In this document: piece after piece, positions 1 to 13,205 of the stretch
Numbering within the stretch: the stretch's first letter is position 1
Layout of the letters: the number at the start of each line of letters is the position of its first letter
Assembly (NCBI GenBank): GCA_053919585.1
Contig: CM132786.1
Origin: Euprymna scolopes
Lineage: Eukaryota
Reading direction: 5' to 3' (one strand)
DNA length: 64,000 nucleotides
Program-made: the position numbers and the translations under genes
The notes under the pieces: model-generated
What the model saw: the letters and a program-made list of their open reading frames with translations, nothing else
Databases searched by the model: none
What the model was told of the DNA's origin: nothing

Positions 1-3000
1 GCTCGGCATTGCCGAAGTTTCGGAAGCTTTTGATGCGAAACTACTGGTAAGTTTCTGAAACTGGTAAAAAAAAATTATCTTAAAATTTGACATGCAGTGG
101 ATAAATAAATAGAGTATATACGAAATAATCCAAAAGAGTCAATATGTTGTAAAACAAATCAATCATGTACGTATATGTATATATAAGACTACGCCTGACC
201 TGATATAACATTATACACCCGATAAAAATATGCAGACGTTATAAAATGCAGTATCGAATAGAATGTGTAAGCCTTTTGTAAATCACTATCTCCAAGAACA
301 TATAAACTGAAATTTTCAATTCCGACAGAAATAATAAAGACATGAGCCAAGTAGTAGCCATGAATGTCAAACATTTATATAAAAAAAAAGTAAAGGCAAC
401 TTTAATCTCTTTACAGTTGTATATAATAAAACAGAAAAAACACGAACTCACTTATCGAAGAATAAATATATAACGAAAAGTTCTGAATGGATTGAAATGA
501 GATCAACAATACGGATAACGAGAAAAAAAAGACAATCAACGTTTTTTTTTTCTTTTTTTTGTTTTGTTTTTTTGTAATGACAAACCATTTTGTACATTCA
601 TCTCGCCGGAATTAAAATCAAGAGACCTAACGATCCGACTGTTTGGGTTAATACAAGTTTTTCCAAGCAGCAATTTAAATTTGACACAATCAGTGGACAC
701 TGAATTAATCAATTTAAAATTTAAAAAAAACGGAATAATATTTAAAATAATATTTTTAATCGCATATGTTTGTTCAATTGTATACAAGGAAAAATCAACT
801 GTAAAGATACGGCGAATAGTTCTTTGCGTTTAGCGAAAAAGCTAATCGATGAAAAAAAGTATATTATTCTGTATTATTCTGTACTGACTACAACGAAGTA
901 AAATATTTTTGCAGAAAATATTATGTTAGAGATTTGTTAAGCGTTGTGGCTAATCTGCAGTCTACCATTCACTCTTCAATCGGTTTTGTTTATGCACATA
1001 TCTGTGTTGCCCCAAAACTCGTTTTTAAACTGTGGTTCTTGGATTAAGCGATTTCTATCAATATTGTAACAGCTCTAAAACTTTGATTTAAAACAGTAAT
1101 TTTAAATGCACCTTGCGTATTTAGACAGCTGGAAAATATAAGCTGGGTCGAACCCGCATTCTATTTACTTCTCAAACGAATATATGTCAAATATTTATCC
1201 GTATGTCTGTGCCCTATGAATAGAATCCTACATTGTTAAGANNNNNNNNNNNNNNNNNNNNNNNNNNNNNNNNNNNNNNNNNNNNNNNNNNNNNNNNNNN
1301 NNNNNNNNNNNNNNNNNNNNNNNNNNNNNNNNNNNNNNNNNNNNNNNNNNNNNNNNNNNNNNNNNNNNNNNNNNNNNNNNNNNNNNNNNNNNCAGGTTCA
1401 AAACGTTTGTCCCCTAGTCCTTCGGGTGAATAATGAGTCATAATCAAGAAAACAAGTTAATCTATGTCAATAAAATCCTGTATCAAAATAAATAACCTGA
1501 ATTAGTCCCTCATGTTTTGTCGCATTCTTTATTTACACATTCTTGGACAGCTTGGTAACATGTTTTATTTTTTCCTTCCAAAACATGTGGCCGCAAAATA
1601 TTTGGTCGAATCGATTCGTCGTTGAAGTCTTGGAAAAGTTCTTTCACTTTGGATACTTGGTAAGTGGAAATGCCGCCATAACATGTTAATAAAACGCGAT
1701 ATGTGTTTGTAGTATTAATATGTAACAATTTGTTTTTAACACCAGTCTATTATGAACCAGCTGTCATTTTTTAAGGATAAAGCTGTTGCCGTGTACATGT
1801 AACCATTCTATATGCATTCGTGACAGAAAAAAAGGATGTAGTATTCAGCAATTATATTCATTATAAAGAACCGTGTCGAGTATGAAGATCAGGATTTTTA
1901 TAGATTCAAGTATCGAAGCCCTTCGTACACCTACATAAGATGTGCCTGTGATATACATCTATCCATAATGGCATCCTGTATAATTTACCTAAAAACATAA
2001 TTGTATTGCGTACATGGGCCGAGTTTGAAAAGGTGCTTTTTATAGAGGTTGGTGATAACCTCGATCGAACACTTTATAGAACACCATTTTGAATTAGAAC
2101 ATTAGTTCGACACTAATATTATTTTCTTCCTTTTTAGTTTCACTTTTGCCTTCTTTTTTTTTTTAGTTTTCGAGTTTTTTCACGTTTTTTCTCTTTTTTG
2201 ACTTCATCCTGTAATCGGCCTTTCTTTTTATTTTTAATTTCACACATGCACTTTATTTTTTTCCTTTATTTTTTTTTAATTCAGCTGTTTATATTTTTAG
2301 TTGAATAATATTACCCATTTTCTTTATCGTTTACGTAATATTATGAAACATTTTTTATCTATTCTTCGTTCGTACTGCTTCTCTGTATCTGCGCGATTAT
2401 TTCCCTGCCTCTCCTGGGAGTTTGTATTATCTTTTCTACCCACTTCGTGCTGTATCTCCCTCTTTACGAAAATACCCTAACCATATCTTCGTGCAACGGC
2501 GGCAGCTAAAACAAATAAAGACGGAAAGGAGATGACAAAACCGATTAAACTCTCATATGTTCTAATCTTTCAGGTTTGAATATTATCGATTTCGCTATCA
2601 GGATGAATCAAAATTATAACAATCTTTTCACTGTCCTTTCTTCTAGTTTAACAAAAATGATATTCTTGACATGCGTCCATGAAACCAGTGCATTAAGTGG
2701 TGATAATATCCATCACAATTAAGTCGGATAATCAGAAAAAAAGATTTTATCAAATGGACAAAACTTAATAGGAAGAATTGTGGATTATTTAGAAGAGCTA
2801 TTTACAAATTTAATTGGATTTACAAAGAAAACATATTTAGACATAAGCGATTTATTTAGTTTTTCATAATGTGTCATCAAGGAAGCAGCGCCCGATAAAC
2901 ACTCGAGGATAATTATTATCTACTACATTTCTTATAAAGCTAATAGTCCTATTCTTTGCATCGGTTTCAGTGGCATTATTGTTAGCGTAATAAAAGTTGA

Positions 3001-4022
3001 ATATCTAAAAGTAATAGGTGATTATATTTATTACGAGGTATAAGAACGAACAAGCTATAGGCATGTGACATTTAACAAAACTACTGAGCATTATTATTTT
3101 ATTCTTATCACGAGAAGCGGACTACGTTCTGCTCATATTAACTGGATTACTACAACCACTTTTTTTCACTTCAATCCGGTACAATTACAAGATTCTTTAC
3201 AGAATTGATTTCGTTAAGACTGACTTGGAGTATTTATTACTCCTGTTTTAAATTAGCATTTAATCTATGATCTAAGTTTCTTTTGCGACTACTAATTTTG
3301 TTATTTTCTATTACAATAAAGCGCTCTCCACTTAGGAGATGTACACTGTAAACCACGTGAAGCTATCAAACATTCTAAGTAAATGTGTTTCAGTGGAACG
3401 ATGAATTGGATTTTACTTGGAACCCCCAATTTTTCATTAAGTATCCTTTGCAACTGAGTCACACCCGGCTAAAGGGATTAATACGACTGATACTTGAGGA
3501 TGGTCAAAATATGAATATAGGGTCAATCTTTATTAATGAATTCGACAATCCGACAAAAAATGGATTTTAACAGCCATCTTATAATGCGTGTGAATGCAAC
3601 TCAAGATGGTGTGTACCACAGTAAAGTAGATGTTTAAAAATCATTTTGTAATAAACATTTCGCTTTGTGTTAAGTACACAAATACGTTTTGTAGTACGTT
3701 ATGAAATATAATATTAAATAGAACGCACGGAAAAAGCACGGAATACAGAGTATTTAAAAAATAATATGCAAAGAAATTTGTTTGAAAATACATATTTTTT
3801 GGTAAAATTCTATGAGAAAAACCTTCAGTTAATAAATAGAATACAAAGTCGTGGTCAAATACAGATTCAGATGCACTATATTTTTACAAATAAAGAAGTG
3901 AAATATTATTCCACGTAAAAGAATTGCTTTTTCTTGTCAATAAGAGCTTTTAAGACGAAAAGTGATGGTGTACTTGTATTATTTACAGAAGGAGAGAATC
4001 TAGTCAAGAACTTAAAATGTAA

Positions 4023-4822
4023 TCTCTACTATTATATAAAAAGTCACTTTTGTGTGCGTGTATGTGTGTGTGTGTGCGTGTGAGTTCATAGTTCATAGGT
4101 TCTGAACGGCTGAGCCTAACTTTTACAAATTCCACACACATTTAATTTCTATGTGTGGCAGTATTCTTAGATATGTTTTCATACAGGAATTCATCAAATA
4201 ACTATCGGAACTTGAGAAAATCTGATCCTTTAACAGACGTTGGATAGAAAGTGATTTTTACAGTGTAATATTTTAAAGTTACACCGGTCAAAGGAAATAA
4301 TGTTCAGCAAATAAACGCGGATTCAATTATTATCAAATCATGTCTTCTTAAAAAAAAAAAGCGGGACTATTGCCATGTGGATGTATATCTCAGTGTGTGA
4401 CTAGAGAACAGTCCTCTGTTCAAAACCAGGTGTACCTCGCATGGCTTTCTTATTAATGAGTTAAATTTGGAATAAAAGAAGAATAACCATTTAAAATCAC
4501 CGCAAACTATGTTTTCATTTGTATATTTTAAAACTGCACATTAACCAGAGGTGACTTTTCCAAGGCATACATCGCTAAACACAAATATCAGCTGATGTGA
4601 TACTGGAAAAATGTTTAAAAGTAAAATAAAAAAGTAACCACACACAATTTGATGATTGGCATTATCATTATTATTTTTGTTAACTTTTTTTCCGACTCAG
4701 TCTATCGTGAAATTATTATATTATATGATATTACGTAGAGGATCATTTTATAATTGTACATACGTGATCGGCACGGATTAAAATATTATATTTAAGCGGC
4801 CACACTTGGCTACCAGCTATTA
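4023..4822 (+). mobile_element. Putative non-autonomous Helitron-like element (degenerate)
   Basis: 5' end TCTCTACTATTATATAAAAAGTC followed by a (GT)n tract, like the other Helitron-N copies in the window; weak 3' hairpin plus a CTAG-like end (GCGGCCACACTTGGCTACCAGCTATT) near 4795-4822. Confidence 0.4.
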
Positions 4823-6233
4823 AACGATAGAATACTTGGTTTATAGACTTAAATGTTAGCAAGGGATGTGCGCTGAGAAAGTTGTGCGATCTCTTCTAGA
4901 TATATACGTCATTATTACTGCCTTTGAAAAGTGATTGATAACTCTTTTTAGATGTAGTTTTTTTTAAATTTTCATTCAAATTCGAAGTTCTTAGTGTTAC
5001 CACATCATAAAACAGTTTGTAGCACCGCTTTCTCTTGTGGAAATTCAAGTAAATACAACCGAAAGGTGATAATTTTAAGTTAATAATATCATTACAAACA
5101 CTTTTCCATGTAAACACTCCTGCCGTATCATTGCTCTATCATTATTTTCATGGCAGATGCTAAGATCTTATTTATTATTCCCCCGTAACAACAGAAAATT
5201 ATAAAGAAAAAAAACAACCATCTAGAATTTTACGAACGCCATGCATCTTCCTAAACCTAAGAAAATTGCTATAAGCAAAACATTTTCCTATAAGTACAAC
5301 CCTATGGAACACACATTCGCTGTGTTGCTTAAAAGCTGAGTATAACGAGATTGTTTTCGCCTAAATGAAACAAGTTCGTTCAGTCGTCTTCTAAAATAAA
5401 ATTTGATTATTTAATTTCTACCATCGCTGATTACTACAATCTTCACACATAAAAAAAACTATTATACTAAGGTGTCTTTTAAGATGTTATAAGCAATGTC
5501 TGCATAGTAAAATATTATTCGCTTAGCGGTGAAACTGTCATTTAGATCGATGAAACCGACCGAGATCTTATCATAATTTGAGGACACTTTTAAACATCTT
5601 TTACACATTATCTTGTTGGTAAGCAAAATTCCGTAAACGTATTTAGATCTTTACTTTTTAATCATCAGACAATCGTAAAAAAATACATTAAAAACAATTC
5701 ATGATTGTTTGGAATATTTGTTATTCGCATGCCTTATTGACAGTATTTTTATTTCTGCTTAGCTTTTTATATTTCTTTTTATTTATTATTTATATTTCTG
5801 CTTTATTTCATTATTTATTGCGGTTTGTTATTCGGCCAAACCGTTAGAGAACAACAAAAACTTGAAAAATAAGATTAAAATTACGCAAATAAAACAAAAA
5901 TTAATTATCTTTAATGGTTTCAACGAGGAAAAGTATATATAATGCCATTCGATAAAGACATGTCAATAAAATACCAGAATAAGAACGAAACTTAGATTTA
6001 TAGGACCAAAAAGTGCGCTGGATTTTTTTGGTGCCCTGGACGTGGTGAATTGAGGCGTCGCATTCCTACGGTTCTAAGTGAGCATCATCTTATAATAACT
6101 ATTTTAAACTTACCCCACCACGATCAGAGGATCAGTGGGTGAAAAATGTGGTAAGATAAGAACAACAATAGAAGACAGTGTATAATGGTGATAAGGTTAC
6201 GAGATTATGCATTCCTATCTCACCGCGGTTAAT

Positions 6234-6320
6234 CACCGGAGAAGGCCAGAGGATGAGTTGACTGAAACGTGGTGAAACAAAAACAACCGTGAAGATGAAG
6301 ATAACACTTTGCAAATGAGT
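6234..6320 (+). ncRNA. Degenerate hammerhead-ribozyme-like motif (Penelope/retrozyme remnant)
   Basis: CCGGAGAA-GGCCAG..TTGACT-GAAAC-GTG-GTGA has HHR order, but the CUGANGA box is mutated and stem II is imperfect. Confidence 0.3.
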
Positions 6321-7237
6321 AAACAAATACAAAAGTTGCTCATATCAAATGATTCCAGTATTAAAAATAACATCCACGAGTGTTTGCTTGTATTATTTTG
6401 ATGAGTTTTACGGATGATCCAAATAAGTGTGCCTACACAAGGTATAAGGATATATTCAGGTATCGCTCCCAAATGTAATTCAGCGATGATTATATAGAAA
6501 ACAGAAAAAATATTGTCTGTTATTATGAAAACTTTTGGTACACTGCATGTTAGTGTGTCTATGATTATTTCATAAATGAATAACAGATACATAGGCTTAA
6601 ATAGATATTATTGCAAATAATATTACACTCAAAGTCATTGTATTTTTTAAATTTTATCAAGATTTGAAACGACATCATCAACTTTGCTCTCTTTTTACTT
6701 ATCGTGTAAGGAATATGTTGTTAATAGAATGGCATTCATTGTACGTTTTAAATTTAATTTATCTTCTCTATATTTAGATATCACACAAGTGCATTTATTT
6801 GTATATAATGTTTCGCACGGTTCAAAAAACGCAACGTACATACTCTATCACGGCTTAATAAATAATAGCTTTGATATATAATGAAATAGTTAAGAAGCAC
6901 AATGAATCAAGCACTATGTGGGTTCTTTTTTATAAGCATTCATGAACATGCACAAAAACAAGCAATTTCTCCCCAATTCTGTAATTAATCAACTAATCTG
7001 ATGTCCCGTTGGCGTTCAAACGGGTCAGAGAACTCTTCACCACATATTTGAACACAGGCTGTTCCGAATCTCGTGCCCTGTCCTTGAAGCCAAGACTAGC
7101 AGATATTTTTTCAAATTTCAATTAGATAATACTCTTCTACATAATTTGTAACTTACACGTATAAAGTTAACAACTTAACCCCACTAATATACACTCTGCT
7201 CTTACATTGTATAATTTAAATAAAAGCTAGTAACATA

Positions 7238-7362
7238 CCGTAGACCACGAGAAACGATGCCCCTTACGGAGTTATTTATAATGTTATGTGATTATAAACG
7301 TGTATTATATACTGTAGTGTACTGCGCTACTATGTTGTATGTCGTATCCCGGGGGTCTACTG
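7238..7362. mobile_element. Small Tc1/mariner- or pogo-type MITE
   Basis: Imperfect ~20-bp TIRs (CCGTAGACCACGAGAAACGA / TCGTATCCCGGGGGTCTACTG) flanked by TA on both sides. Confidence 0.5.
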
Positions 7363-7667
7363 TATTTAGTTGTGGAGTTATATTTCTTTTGATCTCTACG
7401 TAAGTGCTTGTAAAAATATGCAGTTACCTTCACTTATCAAACAAATCTACAGCTTAATATTACACTCAATCTAAGAGATATGTGTGATGAAGCACATAAT
7501 CTATAAGGCAGTCTCATGGAATTGGTGCTAATTGTTATAATTTCTGTGTCTATTGATTTCTTCAGTTATGTGTCTATATTGTGTTGTAACGGATAAGGTC
7601 CTTACGATTAGCTACTATTAGAATGCATTATTTTAGCAAGTTTCGCCATGCAGTTTTTATAAATAAC

Positions 7668-7735
<68 letters not shown>

Positions 7736-9653
7736 AGAGAGAGAGTATTTGAGAGATAGAGGACTGCCTAAATCTATGATAATCCGAACAATATTTTAAT
7801 TTGATAGAAATTACGAAATGTTATGTGAAGATATGTTTACTATTTAGAGCAAATAGAAAATTAATAATCATAACAACAAAGGTACGAGTGTAAACAAATG
7901 GTATGCGATTTAAATAAAGAGTGTTCGATAAAAAAATAATTTACAATGAAAACTGATGACATTTTCCAAACGCAATTTTGATAATTTGATTTAAGTTTCA
8001 TTAAATAAATATTTTAATTTTATTATATTAAGTCTGGATCGAAAGAAAGGGGTGTATTTTTAGTCACCGAGACATTCGCTTGAACATTGATCGTCATTTT
8101 ATTTCATTTTAAGTCAGGAAGGCGTAAGCGTCGAGATGTATAATCTAGTAAAGTAGTAATGTGAACATCGAAGCAAGCTACACTTGGAATTAATGTATAT
8201 TATACAACGAAAATCTGCCATGGCGTTTCTTTCTTGTGCAAGGAATTGCAGAGTATCAAGAGAGTCGCAGGCGACGAAGAAGATCAACTAACGTGAGTTA
8301 TGAATGCACCATTATGACAGCATTGTATAGCTTTGATTTGAAATATCGATACGTAACGTTGTTGACATTATTTGATTCGTCTTGTGTATGCTCATATACA
8401 CATAGCAACATACGTAACAAATAAAAGGGTGCACTCATATTTTCATATTGTTTTCATTCATATAACTCTCCCTGTTCCTATTTGCACTTTTTAAGCGTAC
8501 AGTTTTATCGTCTGGCTTACAGTCGTTTGGCTTAAAGCCTTTTACTCTGTGTGGTCGCTACCAAGAATTGTTTTATTTAATTTGCTTATGTTATTTACAC
8601 ATATCATTTGGTTAATTTGTAAACACTCTCCTTTCTTCTTATTGATTTTCTTTTTCATTTTTAACTATGTTTGATCAGTTGATGGTGCCCTAGGGGTATA
8701 TTTGCAGCAAATTAAGTCAAAAGAAGGCTTTATAACTGGGGGTGAACCTCTAGTCAGTATCAACGTCATCATCTACCATGGTAATTGCGAAAGTATGGAG
8801 CACTTGTGCATACATCTATTAATTTTTATTATTTAGTCCATTTAAGAATAAAGTTATTAAATTATGAGCACTGTTTGGGAAATAAAACCGGTCGGCTGAT
8901 CTTGTGCGAGATTACTTTTATTGCTTTTTTGGATCAGTACCGACAGTCTAAACATTTTTCCTGTTTTGGAATCTACAAGTATTTAATTTCGTTGTACTCT
9001 CGTGGTGGTTGATGGCGGCTGAGAGGCAAGGCTTCCTCGCAAATGAAATCAAATGCGTCGTGTAGAAAGATTCAAATATACCACCTCTAGCAATTATTAT
9101 TCCTGCACGGATAATTGAAGAAATATGAAACACTAGTGTACGGAGTTATAAAAATAATGATTTGAAATGATATATAACGTAGGGTATATAGTGAGTGTTA
9201 TGTTTAGACACTGTTGAAACTGTTCCTTTATATAAAAATATTACACACCAGTCGTCTCAAAGTAATACCCATTAGACACTTTATAAACATTAGTGTTGAA
9301 CAAAGTAATAAAAGACAGAGGTCTTCATGACCCTTGAATAACGAAATAAGTAGGATGATAGATTACGGATATGAAAGCAATTACTTATGATTCATTACAC
9401 AACATATTTTTATTCATCACAAATAAACAAGAGTCTTTATTAACAAATATGCAAGCCATCATAGAAATTCGGTTAATATATGACGCTTATAATAGCGTGC
9501 AAATCGTATGTGTTTACTTTATCATGCTCATAGTTTCCCGTCTACTATTAAAATCGATTGAAATATGCAACACACGTAGATGTTTACCTGGTTTCAGTTG
9601 TTGACAGACATAAGACATAAGACACCAGTTATATATATATATATATATATACA

Positions 9654-9697
<44 letters not shown>

Positions 9698-9698
<1 letters not shown>

Positions 9699-9870
9699 TA
9701 GCAGTTCCGTTCGGCTTTGCTCGAGCCCTATGTACTGTTCATAATGTTATGTGCATATGTATATATTAAAAAGTGTGAATATGTAAAGTAATGACCTTCT
9801 GTATAATAGTATACCTTAACTACCATAGAAAAAAGACAGATAGGCATTTTCACGTTCATCGATATATAAA
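9698..9870 (-). mobile_element. Short non-autonomous Helitron
   Basis: CTAG at 9698-9701 next to a GC hairpin; this end is the reverse complement of 45541-45582; 5'-type end (CGTGAAAATGCCTATCTGTC on -) near 9835-9870. Confidence 0.6.
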
Positions 9871-10286
9871 TAGATAGATAGATAGATAGATAGATTAGTG
9901 CAACATATATAGTAATGATTTAAAAAGTATAAAAACAAGACTCATGCGCCACCACCGAGAATCGAAACAAAAACGTTCATCTCACAATTTATTTGCCTCT
10001 GCCGTCAATGATTGTGCTATGAAAACATGTTTACTGCAAGGCTAAAAATTAAAACATGAACCAATAACTACTACATTATGCATTCGTAATGCCGGCGTTC
10101 CACCTTCCCCTGGCAAATTGATATATATTTTTTTTCACACTTTTGAACAAACTTTTCCGGGCTAAAGCCCAAATATAAAGTTTTGCATCGATTCAAATAC
10201 CTTATATATGGAGTTTCATGCCTGTAGACCAAAAAATGTAGGAGCAGTTTGGTAGGCAAGATTGGTTCTATAAAAATATACACGTA

Positions 10287-12441
10287 CTAGCATGGGTGCC
10301 CGGTTTTGCTCGGGTGTTTGGAGGTGTATGCTGAGCAAAAACAAAAAAAGGGGTTGCCCCCTATTATGACCCCTTTAAATTTGTAGCGTTGGGCTCAAAT
10401 CAAGTTATTAAGTTAGATCCATGTCCAAGGAAACTATATGTAAACTTCAAGTGTTTAGCCAAAAACTTCTCGGAGGAGTTTGGTAGAGTTCTGAAAGGTC
10501 AAATCGTTAGACTTTGACCCCATAACCGCCGAATTTGTGGCTTAAAACCGTTCACATTGATTTTCTCAAATCTCAGTACCCTGTATATCAAATTTCGAGC
10601 CTGTAGACTAAAAATTAACAGATTTATTGCGTAGGGAAATGTACACACACAGACACACAAAAAGACAGACAGACTCTTTCATTTTTATAGATATACTAGC
10701 ATTTCAGCCCAGCGTTGGCCGGGTGTTTCGATGTATCTGTTGAACAATAAAAAACAAGCAAAAATAAAGTGGTAGTAGGAAGGCAGTCTCGAACCCGTAT
10801 ATCGAAGGAGGAAAAGAACGGGATAAAAACCTGACGTCTATGCTATTACGACCACTGCCAAACCGGAGACGACATTTTTTTTTCAACTTAAGGCAAGACA
10901 ATCAAAAGGAGAGGATAACTTTAAAAAATATCGGCGAAAAAGTGTCCCTCTAAGAAAAGTGCTTAGTTGGAGGTGAAGATATAAATGGTTTTAGCCAATT
11001 TTTCGATATGTGTCGTATAAAATGTCGAAATTAAAACGATACTGATCTCGGTAAAATCCGTCGCCTCTATCGAAAGTTTAAGGCAGACATGCAAACATAC
11101 ATACATACATTTATATATTGGTAACTAAAACTTTTGGACTCAAACAGATGCAAAAGCTTGCCATATCTCTGAATACCCTTTATGTAAAATTTCAAATGTT
11201 TAGACCAGAAATTGTCTGAGTAATTTGGAAGAGACCGCAGAGGTCAATGTCTTTTTTAACTGTCAACCCTTTTTTTACCCCTTAACATTTATTGTTTTGG
11301 GCTCAAATGGAGTTATTAAGTTAGATCCATGCCCAAGGAACATATATCTAAAATGTCAAGTGTTTAGACCGAAAATTTTCGGAGGAATTTGGTAGAGTTC
11401 TCAAAGGTCAAATCGTTGGACTTTGACCCCTTAACAGCAAAATCTCTGGCCAAAAACCAATCACATCGATTTTCTCAAATCTCAGTACTCTGTATATACA
11501 AATTTCGAATCTGTAGACTGTAAGTTGACTGAGTTATTGCGTAGAAAATTGTACACACACAGACACACACAGACAGACACTTTCACTTTTATAGATATAC
11601 TAGCATTTCAGCCCGGCGTTGCCCGGGTGTTTGGATGTGTATGTTGATCAAAAACAAGTGGTAGTAGGAAGGCAGGCTCGAACCCGTACGACAAAGGAGG
11701 AAAAGAACGGGGTAAAACCTAACGTTCATTCTGTTACGATCACCGCCAAGCCGGAAGCGACATTTTGTTTAAATTTAGGCTAGACAATCTAAAGGAGAGT
11801 ATAACTTTAAAAATATCGGCGAAAAAAGTGACCCCCCTGTAGGAAAGTGCGTAGTTGAAGGGGAAGATATTACTATTTTTAGCCAATTTTTCGATATTTG
11901 TCGTATGAAATGTCTAACTTCAAAACGTTACTGATCTTGGAAAAATCCGTCGCCTCTATTGAAAGTTCAAGACAGACATGCAAACAGACACACATGCATA
12001 AATTTATATATTGGTAACTACAAAATTTTTGACCCAAACGGATGAAAAAGCTTGCCCTATCTCTGAATCCCCTTTATGTAAAATTTCAAATATAAATAAA
12101 ATAAATAAATAAATAGAAATTGTCTGAGTAATTTGGAAGAGACCGCAGAGGTCATTTTTTTTTAATTTTACCGCTATTATGACCCATTAAAATTTATTGT
12201 TTTGGACTCAAATCAAGTTATTAAGTTAGATTCATGTCCAAGGAACCTATATCTAAAAATTCAAGTGCGTAGACCAAAAATTGTCGGAGGAGTTGAGTAG
12301 AGTTCTCAAAGGTCAAATCGTTGAACTTTGACCCCTTAATCGCGAAATTTCTGGCCAAAAACCGATCACATCGATTTTCCCAAATCTCAGTAACCTGTAT
12401 ATGAAATTTCGAGTCTGTAGATTAAAAATTGACAGAGTTAT
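10287..12441 (-). mobile_element. Head-to-tail array of three non-autonomous Helitrons (10287-10695, 10696-11599, 11600 to gap)
   Basis: Each unit has a 3' hairpin (e.g. CCCGGGCAACGCCGGG on -) plus CTAG, and a 5' TCTATAAAA(A/G)TGAAAG end followed by a (GTCT/GT)n tract; junction TTTATAGATATACTAGCATTTCAGCCC occurs twice; internal subrepeats are shared. Confidence 0.8.
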
Positions 12442-12610
12442 NNNNNNNNNNNNNNNNNNNNNNNNNNNNNNNNNNNNNNNNNNNNNNNNNNNNNNNNNNN
12501 NNNNNNNNNNNNNNNNNNNNNNNNNNNNNNNNNNNNNNNNNNNNNNNNNNNNNNNNNNNNNNNNNNNNNNNNNNNNNNNNNNNNNNNNNNNNNNNNNNNN
12601 NNNNNNNNNN

Positions 12611-13205
12611 GCATGTATTTCAATATTCGACATGACCCGCTTCTTCTTTGTATTCCTCTTGATATCTCAGCCCTTGAAAGCAAATCGATTATGGCCTCTT
12701 GGTCTTTCTTTTCTCCAAATCGTTTTGTCGAATTTAGGTATTAGTCTTATTGCTATATATAGCTATTTGTAAAGCCGGTTTTATTCTGTCGCTATAATAC
12801 CCTGCTATTTTTCTATCTCTACCATGCGATGAGTCATAGAACACTGTTGTAATGGCTGGGCTGGTGAATCTGTTTTGTTTGAGTCTTCTTAATGAGGCGA
12901 GGAAAAAAGTTTTCAATAGATTAGCCGATTAACCTTTCTTCTTTCCGAAAATCTCCATAACATACGAGGTGTTATTAATTCTAGTTTTATGAATGCGATT
13001 ATGAAACACAGTCTTCAGTCTTCAGAATTGTCTAATTTTTCCCTACTTTAAAAAGTTATCTCGTTATATGTGTTAATCGATCGTGTACTCTAAATGAAGT
13101 AGCTTTTTTGAAAGCTGAAGAATCGCACAACAATGTTCACTATACAGAAGTTGTATCAATAAATCCGACAAGTCGCACAATACATTATACACAGATCTGA
13201 AAGCT
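12611..13205 (-). pseudogene. Possible heavily decayed DNA-transposase N-terminus (hAT/ZNF862-like zinc finger)
   Basis: Minus-strand fragments KSFQ.., MYCATCRIY and SAFKKATSFRVHDRLTH resemble the TTF-type Zn finger region of hAT-like transposases; many stops and frameshifts. Confidence 0.25.

Noticed and set aside
6233-6592. 119-aa hydrophobic ORF as a membrane protein
   Set aside because: Composition is explained by AT-richness; it overlaps a repeat relic on the other strand; no recognisable motif
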